Source: an uncultured Candidatus Saccharibacteria bacterium
GTDB lineage: Bacteria > Patescibacteriota > Minisyncoccia > Phycocordibacterales > UBA12088
Assembly (NCBI GenBank): GCA_964562615.1
Contig: CAZLUD010000002.1
Span: 17,907-81,906 of the forward strand
Length of the DNA: 64,000 nt
Reading direction: 5' to 3'
Each line of letters begins with the position of its first letter. The first letter of the stretch is position 1. The notes under the pieces were generated by a model that was not told where the DNA came from, made no database searches, and was given only the letters and a program-made list of their open reading frames with translations. This document shows positions 38,748 through 48,128 of this stretch, one piece after another. The translations under genes and the position numbers were made by a program.

Positions 38748-39059
38748 ATGACTCAGCGCCTCGTTCAGATATACTTACTTCCTAAAGCGATAGAGATAGA
38801 AGAGTACAACAAAAAAGTTCGTCGGATTTGTGTGCTTTCTGCTTTTTTTGCAATAGTACTAGTAATTGTTGTTGCGTTTGTCTCAGAGCTTATAAAAGCA
38901 GTATTCGGCATACCATTTCAAGGCACCTTCGCAGAAGATGCTTTTCTTGTACTCGTAAGCGGCGTAATTGGACTTGCGCTTATAGGCTATATCACTCACC
39001 GGGGCAATCATGTCATGAACCTACGTAGGGTTAATGGCAGGTATGAACCAGACACATAG
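38748..39059 (+). CDS. Orphan 2-TM membrane protein
   Basis: TAAGGAG SD before ATG 38748; terminator GCCCGCACTA/TAGTGCGGGC at 39068-39101. Confidence 0.6.
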   Translation: MTQRLVQIYLLPKAIEIEEYNKKVRRICVLSAFFAIVLVIVVAFVSELIKAVFGIPFQGTFAEDAFLVLVSGVIGLALIGYITHRGNHVMNLRRVNGRYEPDT

Positions 39060-39367
39060 TATGTATTGCCCGCACTATCATGAAAAATAGTGCGGGCTTT
39101 TACTACTCTGAAAACAATTTTTACTTGGACGCATTATTAAGGTAACGCAAGTAAGGTGCGGTTATGGTAAATAGTATATTTTTATTATTCAAATTTTTTA
39201 ATTGATTTATTTGTGCCAGCAAGGAGAGAGGTCGGAGGACGGGAAGAGGGAGCGAATTTGAGTGTAAAATAATATATTTTTTTATTTGTACGAGTATTCA
39301 TACCAATCAATACTGCGCATTTATTACTAGAGGGAAGCTATTTAATGGCTTATTTGAAAATGCATGA

Positions 39368-39395
39368 GTGTCGCACAATATATCTTTTGCGTCAT
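39368..39395. other. dif-like Xer recombination site (putative terminus)
   Basis: GTGTCGCACAA-TATATC-TTTTGCGTCAT, an 11-6-11 imperfect palindrome at the gene-strand switch. Confidence 0.55.
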
Positions 39396-39602
39396 TAAAA
39401 TCAGGCAATTTGCGACGTATACTCTGTGGTCTGTATCAACTAACTATATTGTATTGATGCACTTCTATCTTCTGAGATTGGCGCGTGTTGTTAATCGATA
39501 CAAATATATATTGAACACAAAAGCGTGACTGTGTCCCCTCTGTGCCTCTACGGTAGTACTCACCATCATTGGTTATGTGTACTGCCTTATCTAAAGGATT
39601 TC

Positions 39603-41006
39603 TTATAGCAAGAAATCAAGTGGGTTGAGGTATGCGTTGTGTGCTGCTACAGGGATAATTGCACCGCCTTTTGAGCATGCAGTTGTAGGAGCAACACCAC
39701 TCTTTTTGTACCATTCGCCAAGATTCATGACTTGTACACCTTTTGTAGCAAATACACTGTAGTGCAAGTGAGGACCAGTTGAGTATCCAGTGTTGCCTGA
39801 GTAGCCGACAATACTACCACTATCAACTGCATGTCCCGGACTTACGCTAATAACTGAAAGGTGCGCATAGAGTGTAGAAAGACCATTTTGGTGTTCAACC
39901 AATACCCACTTGCCATAGCTGTAACAACCGCGAATTGAATCAGTATTGCCGGTTGCTGTAACTCTACCTGAGAGTGATGATCTAATCTTTGTCCCAAGAG
40001 GCGCCCTAAAATCGATGCCGTTATGACCCTTTCCACTGTAGGCACCGCTCTTTGCAAATGAGGTGTTGCCAAAGAGTTGTGTAATACAAAATGTGTTTTT
40101 AAGCAGTTTTTCAAATGACAGACAACCACTCATGTAGTCAGGAGAAAATGGCCAGCTAAGGGCTCCCGTACCTGAGGCTGGAATTGAGCTTGGGTCGAGG
40201 ATAAACTTGAGCTCACTTTCAAGTGCGACAATTTCTGCTTCAAGCTTGTCATACGCATCTTTTTTCTCTTTAAGGAGTGCCTGATATTTAGACTCTTGAT
40301 TTTGAGTTACTGAGAGGATGCTGGTTTTTTCTTTTCGTGCGACATCGAGCACTGATTTTTCATCTGATAGTTGACGCCTAAGCCCGGTAAGCTCTTGTGC
40401 TTTTTCTTCCTCCTCTTTGCGCACATCTTTGAGGCTTTGCGTAAGGGTCATGAGTTCACGTACATGTTCACGCACGGCACTCTCAAATTGTTGAATAGAA
40501 TCTTCTTGTTCCCAAAACTCAATAAGATTGTCGTGTTTAAGTAGTGACTCAAGCAGTGACTCATCTGAAAGGCGGTCAATTTTTCTGATTGATTCAGATA
40601 CGGCATTTCTGTCCATGATTATTTGCCCCATCTTGTTATCAATTTGCTCTGAGAGGGACTGTATCTCTGATTGGGTCTTGCCGATATTATTTTCGGTGTA
40701 GCGAATTTCCGTGCTGATTTTATTGCGTGAAATGTCAAGTGTTTTTACAGAATTTTGCAATGTCTGCTTTGCCTTACCAACCTCTACGAGCTGTACTTCG
40801 TATTGTCTAATCTCCGCTTCAAGCTCTTTTAATTTGGCGCTCGTGTTCTCGATTTTTGACTTTATCTCTTCTGCCTCCTTAGGAAGGGTAGATTCAGCAG
40901 TCGCGCTTTCATTGTTTGCGCTCTCTTGTGCATACACATACGAGCCATATGATGAGAGCATCATTGCCGCTATGAGTAAAATGACTAGGGAACGGGGATT
41001 CCTCAT
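39603..41006 (-). CDS. Coiled-coil M23 peptidase (murein hydrolase/activator)
   Basis: Signal peptide, long coiled coil, HNGID, YAHL, TGPHLH. Confidence 0.9.
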   Translation of the reverse strand: MRNPRSLVILLIAAMMLSSYGSYVYAQESANNESATAESTLPKEAEEIKSKIENTSAKLKELEAEIRQYEVQLVEVGKAKQTLQNSVKTLDISRNKISTEIRYTENNIGKTQSEIQSLSEQIDNKMGQIIMDRNAVSESIRKIDRLSDESLLESLLKHDNLIEFWEQEDSIQQFESAVREHVRELMTLTQSLKDVRKEEEEKAQELTGLRRQLSDEKSVLDVARKEKTSILSVTQNQESKYQALLKEKKDAYDKLEAEIVALESELKFILDPSSIPASGTGALSWPFSPDYMSGCLSFEKLLKNTFCITQLFGNTSFAKSGAYSGKGHNGIDFRAPLGTKIRSSLSGRVTATGNTDSIRGCYSYGKWVLVEHQNGLSTLYAHLSVISVSPGHAVDSGSIVGYSGNTGYSTGPHLHYSVFATKGVQVMNLGEWYKKSGVAPTTACSKGGAIIPVAAHNAYLNPLDFLL

Positions 41007-41008
41007 AT

Positions 41009-42343
41009 CTATGAAAGTAATGAAATCGCGTGATCAATCCTTTTAAGCGCGGCATCCTTCCCTATTGCTTCTGTAATAGTAAATGGGTCTGGGCTTTGCT
41101 CCTTTCCAGATAGCGCCACTCTCATTGGCCACAAGACATTCCCTCTCCCTACATTTGTTGCGTAGTCCCATACCGTGCTCTTTATTGTCTCTTTTACAAA
41201 TGCCTCACGGTCAAGTGATTCGAGCATGGTTCGTACCTCACTAAGATGGGTGCGTGCCACTTCCCGCTCTATCTTACCCTTCATCCGTAGTATGTCGCTT
41301 TCATAGGCAGGATCATTGGTATAAAAAGAAAATTCCCCTGCTTGCTCTAGTTCTTTGATTTGTGGGATACGGGTGATTCTTTCAAGCGCATCAGTGTATG
41401 CCGCGTCACTCTTTTCAAGTACACCGTAGAGTGCTTCGCTAGCATGCAAGGCTATATCACGGAGGTTCTCTTCTTTGGTACGCTTTTGGATATAGTGTGC
41501 GTTAAACCAATTTAGCTTTTCTACATCAAATACCCCCGCACCTTTTTGGAGTCCAGATATATCAAATCGTGCGATAAGCTCGTCAATCGTAAAAAACTCT
41601 TCGTCACTTTTTGGGCTCCATCCAAGGAGTGCAAGATAGTTTATAATCGCTTCTTTTAGATAGCCCATATCCCTATAGTCGGTTACGGCAACAGCGCCAT
41701 GTCGCTTTGAGAGTTTGGTTTTATCAGCAGCTAATATGAGAGAGAGGTGTGCATACACTGGTCGTGGAAAGCCTAGCGCCTCTTGAATGAGAATTTGTCG
41801 TGGGGTGTTTGCAATATGGTCATCACCACGTATTACATGAGTCACTCCCATAAGGTAGTCATCAACCACTACCGTAAAGTGGTACAGTGGGCTATCCATA
41901 TCTCTTGCGATAACCATGTCACCAAGGTCGGTGGTATCAACAGAGATATCTCCGCGCACCTCATCAGTAAAGGTAAGTACGGTGTTGGTATTTCTCAGTC
42001 GCACTACTTCTACCATTTCTCCCGGGTTCATTTTACTCTCTTCTTTAGAGAGATAGGCTTTATCAGATGCAAGTAATGCTTCAAGATATGGTTTATATAA
42101 GTCGTTTCGTTCAGATTGACGGTACGGACCTTCATAGCTAATACCAAGCCAAGAAAGCGCCTCTAGTATATTGTCCTCATATTCTCTCTTACTACGCTCT
42201 TTGTCGGTATCCTCAATACGCAGGACGCAGGTCCCGCCTTTGTGCATAGCAAAAAGATAGTTAAACAATAGTGTACGCACATTGCCAATGTGAAGAAGCC
42301 CAGTAGGACTTGGTGGCATTCTGGTTTTGATGGTAGTACTCAT
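41009..42343 (-). CDS. gltX: Glutamate--tRNA ligase
   Basis: PSPTGLLHIGN, RIEDTD, KLSKR. Confidence 0.96.
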   Translation of the reverse strand: MSTTIKTRMPPSPTGLLHIGNVRTLLFNYLFAMHKGGTCVLRIEDTDKERSKREYEDNILEALSWLGISYEGPYRQSERNDLYKPYLEALLASDKAYLSKEESKMNPGEMVEVVRLRNTNTVLTFTDEVRGDISVDTTDLGDMVIARDMDSPLYHFTVVVDDYLMGVTHVIRGDDHIANTPRQILIQEALGFPRPVYAHLSLILAADKTKLSKRHGAVAVTDYRDMGYLKEAIINYLALLGWSPKSDEEFFTIDELIARFDISGLQKGAGVFDVEKLNWFNAHYIQKRTKEENLRDIALHASEALYGVLEKSDAAYTDALERITRIPQIKELEQAGEFSFYTNDPAYESDILRMKGKIEREVARTHLSEVRTMLESLDREAFVKETIKSTVWDYATNVGRGNVLWPMRVALSGKEQSPDPFTITEAIGKDAALKRIDHAISLLS

Positions 42344-43476
42344 GCCTCGTGTTCTAGTGCTATGTCTATTAACTCATTTGCAATTTTGTTGGCTGCATCA
42401 GGTTTTTGAAATTGCTTTGCAGATGTACGCATACTTGCTTGTAGCTTGGTATCTTCTACTAGCCGAGCAAGCTCTGCAAGAAGCACATGTGGGGTAAGAT
42501 TCCCCTGCTCTATCACCTCTGCGGCACCGGTCTTTGCGTAGGCGTAGGCATTTTTGCGCTGATCGCGGCTTATATCTTCAGGTATTGGTACCAATATTGC
42601 TGGTATTTCCCATGAGGCGATTTCGTAGATGGTGCCTGATCCTGCGCGTGATACCACCACCACCGCAATACCAGCAACCATTCTCAGTGCAAGCTCGCCA
42701 AGGTATGCAAATGGTTTGTAGCGCGCGGCGTACTCGTTGTTCTCTAGTATCACTTTCGCAGCGCCTGCGGTCTGTGCAAAGAGCGCCTCACCAGTTTGAT
42801 GAATGATCTGGTATTTGGTAACCAGATCAGGTAATGCTTCTAGGATAACGTCATTTAATGCAAGTGAGCCTTGTGATCCACCGATAATAAAGATGGTTGG
42901 GATTGATGGATCAAGTCCAAGGTATTCATTCCCTCCTTCTCTTATTGGCTTGAGGATATCTCTTCGTATTGGATTACCCACAAATGCAATTTTGTCCTTG
43001 TACTCTTTAAAGTAGTCTATCGCCTCTGGGTATGAAATACCGATACGCACTGCGTATTTAGCAGAGTACAAATTAACTCTTCCAGGTACCGCGTCAGAGT
43101 CATGGATAAAAATAGGAATACGCAATATACGCGCAGCGATGATGATAGGAAAACTCACATACCCTCCTTTACTAAATACTACGTCAGGATAAATCTTGAA
43201 TAATAGAAAAGTAGATTTGATTATGCCAGCAACAGTTTTTATGGAATCAAAAAAATTCCTGATAGAAAAGTACACACGTACCTTTCCTGCAGGAGATCGT
43301 CTAAATTGTATGTTCTTTTCAAAAAGAATTTTTTCATCGTACGGGGTGTCTGCGATGTAGTACAGCTCGGGAGTGAGTAGGTTTCGTTTTTCTGCAATAG
43401 CCATTATCTCTTCAGCAACCGCGATAAGCGGGTAAAAGTGTCCTCCTGTTCCTCCTCCGGTGAGTACTATTTTCAT
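42340..43476 (-). CDS. murG: Undecaprenyl-PP-MurNAc-pentapeptide GlcNAc transferase
   Basis: GGGTGGH, KGGYVS, GNPIR, GGSQG. Confidence 0.96.
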   Translation of the reverse strand: MKIVLTGGGTGGHFYPLIAVAEEIMAIAEKRNLLTPELYYIADTPYDEKILFEKNIQFRRSPAGKVRVYFSIRNFFDSIKTVAGIIKSTFLLFKIYPDVVFSKGGYVSFPIIIAARILRIPIFIHDSDAVPGRVNLYSAKYAVRIGISYPEAIDYFKEYKDKIAFVGNPIRRDILKPIREGGNEYLGLDPSIPTIFIIGGSQGSLALNDVILEALPDLVTKYQIIHQTGEALFAQTAGAAKVILENNEYAARYKPFAYLGELALRMVAGIAVVVVSRAGSGTIYEIASWEIPAILVPIPEDISRDQRKNAYAYAKTGAAEVIEQGNLTPHVLLAELARLVEDTKLQASMRTSAKQFQKPDAANKIANELIDIALEHEA

Positions 43477-44573
43477 GCAATATATCGAGACACATTAAGA
43501 ATTATACCTACCTCTGCAAGGGTAATAAGCATGGCGGTACCACCGTGGCTAATAAAGAGTAATGGCACTCCAGTCAAGGGTACTATGCCGAGCATTGCCC
43601 CAATATTGATAAATGACTGAGACACTATAAGTATAACAATACCGGTTACTATGAGTCCACCATACATATCTGGTGCTTTTGCCGCAATAGAAAGCCCTCG
43701 GTAGCAAAACAAAACAAATAAAAAGACCAGTAGCACGCTTCCAACAAAGCCAAATTCTTCTGCGTATACAGAGAATATCGAGTCTCCAATCGGTTCGGGT
43801 AGATAGTTAAACTTTTGCACGCTTTGTCCGAAGCCTCGCCCAAACATGCCACCAGAGCCGATAGCGATAAGTGACTGGTCTATCTGGTATCCACTTCCAA
43901 GAGTGTCGTGGCTTGGGTTAAAAAAGGTCTTAACACGTGCCATGGCATAATCACGTGACATGATAAGACCGGTAAGTGCGGTTACTGCGATAAGACACAC
44001 TATTACAATGTCTCGAGCACGTGCGCCTGCCACCAAGTACATGGCACCAGCTGCTGCAAGTACGGTCAAGAATGTCCCAGTATCAGGTTGCAGTAACAGC
44101 AGTACCCCTACCCCACCTGTCCCTACTAATAGTGGCACAATGCCATAGTAGAAAGTGTGCATCTGCGTTTTGTAGGTAGTGAGCCACCACGCATAAAAAA
44201 ACACAAAACCCAGCTTCAAAAACTCAGACGGTTGCATTGAAAACCCGAGTATATGCACCCAGCGTTTTGCTCCCCCATGCTCAAATCCAAGTCCAGGAAC
44301 AAATACAAGTAATGTAGCAATAATAGAAAACACGAAAAGTATTAAGGCAAATTTTTTCCAGTACTGGTAGTTTATTCGTGATGTGATATACAGCGCGATG
44401 CCTCCTCCGATAACACCAAGTACAATTTGGTTGAATGCAACACTTGAAAATGACGCCCCATCACGGGCAAGTAGTCCCAATGAAGCAGAGGTAAAAATAA
44501 AAAACCCTATACCAACAAGGAGTGCAACTACTATAAAAAATGCCTTGTCAAAAGGTTTCTCTGCCCGTCTCAT
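43473..44573 (-). CDS. ftsW: SEDS peptidoglycan polymerase FtsW
   Basis: GAKRW, QPSEF.K, QPD.GT, LPEP..D, TGVPL. Confidence 0.93.
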   Translation of the reverse strand: MRRAEKPFDKAFFIVVALLVGIGFFIFTSASLGLLARDGASFSSVAFNQIVLGVIGGGIALYITSRINYQYWKKFALILFVFSIIATLLVFVPGLGFEHGGAKRWVHILGFSMQPSEFLKLGFVFFYAWWLTTYKTQMHTFYYGIVPLLVGTGGVGVLLLLQPDTGTFLTVLAAAGAMYLVAGARARDIVIVCLIAVTALTGLIMSRDYAMARVKTFFNPSHDTLGSGYQIDQSLIAIGSGGMFGRGFGQSVQKFNYLPEPIGDSIFSVYAEEFGFVGSVLLVFLFVLFCYRGLSIAAKAPDMYGGLIVTGIVILIVSQSFINIGAMLGIVPLTGVPLLFISHGGTAMLITLAEVGIILNVSRYIA

Positions 44574-44577
44574 AGCA

Positions 44578-45642
44578 TTAGCCGGTAAGGGCGATAATTA
44601 CACCAATAAATGCAAAAAGAACAGAAAGTACCCAGTAGCGCATGGTGACCTTGTAACTTGGCCATCCAATCGCTTCAAAGTGATGATGAATTGGTGCTAC
44701 TCTGAACAATTTTTTGCCCCGAAATCGTTTTGAGCATACTTGCAGTATGTTTGAGAGTACGGTAATAACAAGCAAAAAACCTATCACAAGGAGAAGCGAT
44801 ATCCCTTCTCCACCGCCAAGCGCATCAGTCATAAACGCAAGAACGGCAATGGTCATGGTGATTCCCATGGTGCCTGTTTCTGTCATCCAAAATCTAGCTG
44901 GTGGGATGTTAAACCACAAAAAGGCAAGCGTTGCACCAAGCATGGCGCCAGAGAAGGCGGCGAGGTTTAACTGTGATTGTGAAAACGCAATAAGCGCATA
45001 GGCGGCAAATATAGATGCAAATACTCCACCAGAGAGCCCGTCGATGCCATCTATTACTCCACTAGCGTACAGCGCCACCATAACAAGCACAAAAAGCGGA
45101 ATGATATATGCACCCAAGGTTATGTCAGAAAGGTATGGTAGCCCTACACTAACCACATCAAGTTTTGCATAAAACCACCACGCTACACCGGCACCGACTA
45201 CCGTCACCACAGCAAGACGATGAAAAATTGAAAGCCCCCGCTCTCCCTCTGGAGCTATATCCCGTATGTCATTAAGCAATCCCACGAGACTTCCAAGAAG
45301 TAGTGTCATAAGCGGTATCCACGTTTGATCGCGAGAAAGATAATCCAACTTATCAAATAGCGGCACATCAGTTATAAGTGCAAGCAAGTAGTAGAGTGCG
45401 GTAGTGATACACACACTGAGCCAAATAATAATGCCACCCATACGTGGTGTCTTTGTCTCGGTGTGTTCTCGAAGTTTTGAAAATTCTTCCGCGGTACTTC
45501 CGTCCAGTGCTACTTTATGTGGTTGCTTTTTCCAGGCTTTATATTTGTATAGATAGTGCGTAATGATAGGTGTGATACCAATACCAACAGCAAACGCAGT
45601 TGCGACAGGTATGAGGACTTTTACTATAGAAAAGGTAATCAT
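44578..45642 (-). CDS. mraY: Phospho-N-acetylmuramoyl-pentapeptide transferase
   Basis: TPRMGG, DGIDGL, FLWFN.PPA, APIHHHFE. Confidence 0.93.
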   Translation of the reverse strand: MITFSIVKVLIPVATAFAVGIGITPIITHYLYKYKAWKKQPHKVALDGSTAEEFSKLREHTETKTPRMGGIIIWLSVCITTALYYLLALITDVPLFDKLDYLSRDQTWIPLMTLLLGSLVGLLNDIRDIAPEGERGLSIFHRLAVVTVVGAGVAWWFYAKLDVVSVGLPYLSDITLGAYIIPLFVLVMVALYASGVIDGIDGLSGGVFASIFAAYALIAFSQSQLNLAAFSGAMLGATLAFLWFNIPPARFWMTETGTMGITMTIAVLAFMTDALGGGEGISLLLVIGFLLVITVLSNILQVCSKRFRGKKLFRVAPIHHHFEAIGWPSYKVTMRYWVLSVLFAFIGVIIALTG

Positions 45643-45737
45643 TCATTAGATTGTAGCATGGGTAGCTACTTTATTTGAACGCATACAAAATAGATGTGTG
45701 GGTTGACACATTACATGCATTGTAGTATTATATACAC

Positions 45738-45902
45738 ATATCGTTCTTTCCATTTTTGGAGCACAGTTGACCATCGGTCGCTTCGGACCCGATCGATGGT
45801 CTTATGGGTGGCGAATCCTTGATACACAAGCTAATCCACGGTAGCTTGCAGTCGGGTTCGCCACCCACTATACCCGCCGCCTTTTATAAAGGCGGCCTTT
45901 TG
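45738..45902 (+). ncRNA. Candidate ~165-nt structured ncRNA
   Basis: TTGACA-17-TATTAT promoter; 12-bp, 14-bp and 7-bp stems; terminator. Confidence 0.6.
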
Positions 45903-46850
45903 TTAGTTGCGAGAGTTAATTACTTCTCGAGCAATTTCTGAGAGATATATAGCGTCACTAAACCGCTCGTCCTTGGTTGAACCTAGTACTACCACCACCG
46001 CTGGATGGCCAATACCAGCATCAAATGCAATGACTAAATTGCCTCCAGCAAGATCAGTATAGCCAGTTTTAGATGCGATAAGTCCTGGTATCATCCCGAC
46101 AAGAGTATTTGTATTTTCAGCAATATGAGAAGCATTGAGCGAATCTGTCGATACTACTAGGTCTTTGGTCTTTGCAAGTAGCTCTGGTTTGGTGCGCAGT
46201 AGATACGCAGTAAGCATGCTCATATCTCTCGCAGAGCCATATGCACCACTGTGCGTGAGGCTAATATCAAGCCCAGTAGGATTTAAAAAGTATGTTTGCT
46301 GTAGTCCTAATGATTTGGCATACATATTCATGCTTTCAACAAAACCACCAAGGTTATGAGTGCCATCCGGTAGTATATCGTCCGCAGCAAGCGCAACTGC
46401 CGCAGCGCCATCATTTGATGAGGTGATAAGGGTGTAATCAAGGAGATCAGGCAAGTACCACGATTCGCCATAGGTAAAACCAGACTCCCCCTCTTCATTA
46501 AGCGCTTCTTCAGTGATGGTAATTGGTGAGGCGTCTGAGAGTGATTCACTTGCCACAAGAGCGGTCATGAGCTTTGCCACAGAGGCAAGTGGAAGCTGCG
46601 CATCTGCATTTCTCTCGTAGAGAATTTCATTTTGGAGGACGTCATATACCACAAACGAACGAGCCACTACCCTACTTTCATCTATAGCAACTGTTGGTAT
46701 TGCGCGCGTTGGTGATGAGATAGTGTAAGAGCTCTCTGTGGTGTCTTCTAGTAAAAAGTATCTAGCACCAAGCACACTCATCATCGTGATGAATAAAAGT
46801 ACCATTGCTGGCACTGGCAGTGATGCAAGTGGTTTATACGTCATGGTCAT
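45903..46850 (-). CDS. D-alanyl-D-alanine carboxypeptidase (S11)
   Basis: ASVAK, SSND, NPTGLD, KTGYT. Confidence 0.9.
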   Translation of the reverse strand: MTMTYKPLASLPVPAMVLLFITMMSVLGARYFLLEDTTESSYTISSPTRAIPTVAIDESRVVARSFVVYDVLQNEILYERNADAQLPLASVAKLMTALVASESLSDASPITITEEALNEEGESGFTYGESWYLPDLLDYTLITSSNDGAAAVALAADDILPDGTHNLGGFVESMNMYAKSLGLQQTYFLNPTGLDISLTHSGAYGSARDMSMLTAYLLRTKPELLAKTKDLVVSTDSLNASHIAENTNTLVGMIPGLIASKTGYTDLAGGNLVIAFDAGIGHPAVVVVLGSTKDERFSDAIYLSEIAREVINSRN

Positions 46851-47388
46851 TGTCTTGTGATTCTTCATTAAGAAATGAGGCAAGGGTTGCGGTTACTGAT
46901 GCGTAGTCAGGTAATGCCTCAACTGACGGTACGCCAAGATGAGTAAGTAATTCAAGGGTTGGAAGGTACACAAAAGTACGAGCATCATTATGGCGAGTTT
47001 CCTTCTTAACAAGACCACGCACCATAAGTGCACGCAAAATAAAGCTTGAGTTTACTCCTCTGATGTAATCAATTTCAGCACGGGTTATTGGTCCATGATA
47101 CAGCACGATGGATAGTGTTTCTAGCCCCGCCTTACCTATGTCTTTGCTTAGTTCTTCCTTGCGAAGGGCGGTAATGAAGTCCCCCATCTCTTTTTTGGTG
47201 GCAAGCACGACTGTGGTAGCATCTTTTACAAGGGTGAGCGCGCCACCTTCAAGATGTTGTTCAAGCTCGGTGATTGCAAGTTGTAGTTGTTCGTCATCAA
47301 GTCCGCATACTTTTTTAAGCTCATCAAAAGAGACGGGTGAGCCGTTATAAAACAAGTATGCTTCTATTTTTTTGCTAGACTCGTTCAT
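46834..47388 (-). CDS. scpB: SMC-Scp complex subunit ScpB
   Basis: LETLSIVLY..PITRAEIDYIRGVNS. Confidence 0.95.
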   Translation of the reverse strand: MNESSKKIEAYLFYNGSPVSFDELKKVCGLDDEQLQLAITELEQHLEGGALTLVKDATTVVLATKKEMGDFITALRKEELSKDIGKAGLETLSIVLYHGPITRAEIDYIRGVNSSFILRALMVRGLVKKETRHNDARTFVYLPTLELLTHLGVPSVEALPDYASVTATLASFLNEESQDNDHDV

Positions 47389-48122
47389 TAGTAGTAGGTT
47401 GGTTTTTGGACCTGTTCGGTTTCAATAGTTATATCATCAAACGAACGCTCTTGTCTTGCTGATAGTATCCCTCGTTTAACAAGTTCAAGAATGGCAAGAA
47501 ACGATACAATGACATGTGCTCTGTCACCTCTTTTATACCCTGAAATTTCATGAAAGCTCTCAGAGAGCGTGCGGGTAATACGTTTTGTAAGCCCGTCAAT
47601 CATAGCCTCAAGAGTCATCACCTTCTTTACGATTGCAGTCGGCGTGTCTTCCTTTTTTTTCGGCAAGCTTGTGATTACCTGTCGCATTCCTTCATGAAGT
47701 GATTGAGTGTTGATGCGAGCGTGAGGTGAAAATACAACTTCCTCAGTTGTGACACCGTCACTCATAAACATCACCTTTTTAAACAGTGGCTTTAATGTTG
47801 AGCTGACCTGTGTAAAGAGTTGATGCATGCGCAATCGCCGCTCCAGATCATCAACATTGTGTTGCTCTTCTTCAGTAAGGGTAAGAATGGGAAGAAGTGA
47901 TTTTGATTTTATAAGTACTAAGGTTGATGCGACAAGGATAAAGTGCGCCGTCTTTGCCATGGGATATTCGGTGTGTTGCTCTAAAAACGAGATAAAGTCA
48001 TCAGCCACCGCGGCAAGCGAAATATCATTGATGAGGAGTTTGCGTTTTTCGATAAGAGATAACAGTAGGTCGAGTGGCCCCTCAAATACATCGGTTTTTA
48101 TATCTACGGTTTCTTGTTGCAC
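47388..48122 (-). CDS. scpA: Segregation/condensation protein ScpA
   Basis: FEGPLDLLL.LI, FLAILELVK. Confidence 0.95.
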   Translation of the reverse strand: MQQETVDIKTDVFEGPLDLLLSLIEKRKLLINDISLAAVADDFISFLEQHTEYPMAKTAHFILVASTLVLIKSKSLLPILTLTEEEQHNVDDLERRLRMHQLFTQVSSTLKPLFKKVMFMSDGVTTEEVVFSPHARINTQSLHEGMRQVITSLPKKKEDTPTAIVKKVMTLEAMIDGLTKRITRTLSESFHEISGYKRGDRAHVIVSFLAILELVKRGILSARQERSFDDITIETEQVQKPTYY

Positions 48123-48128
48123 ACAATA

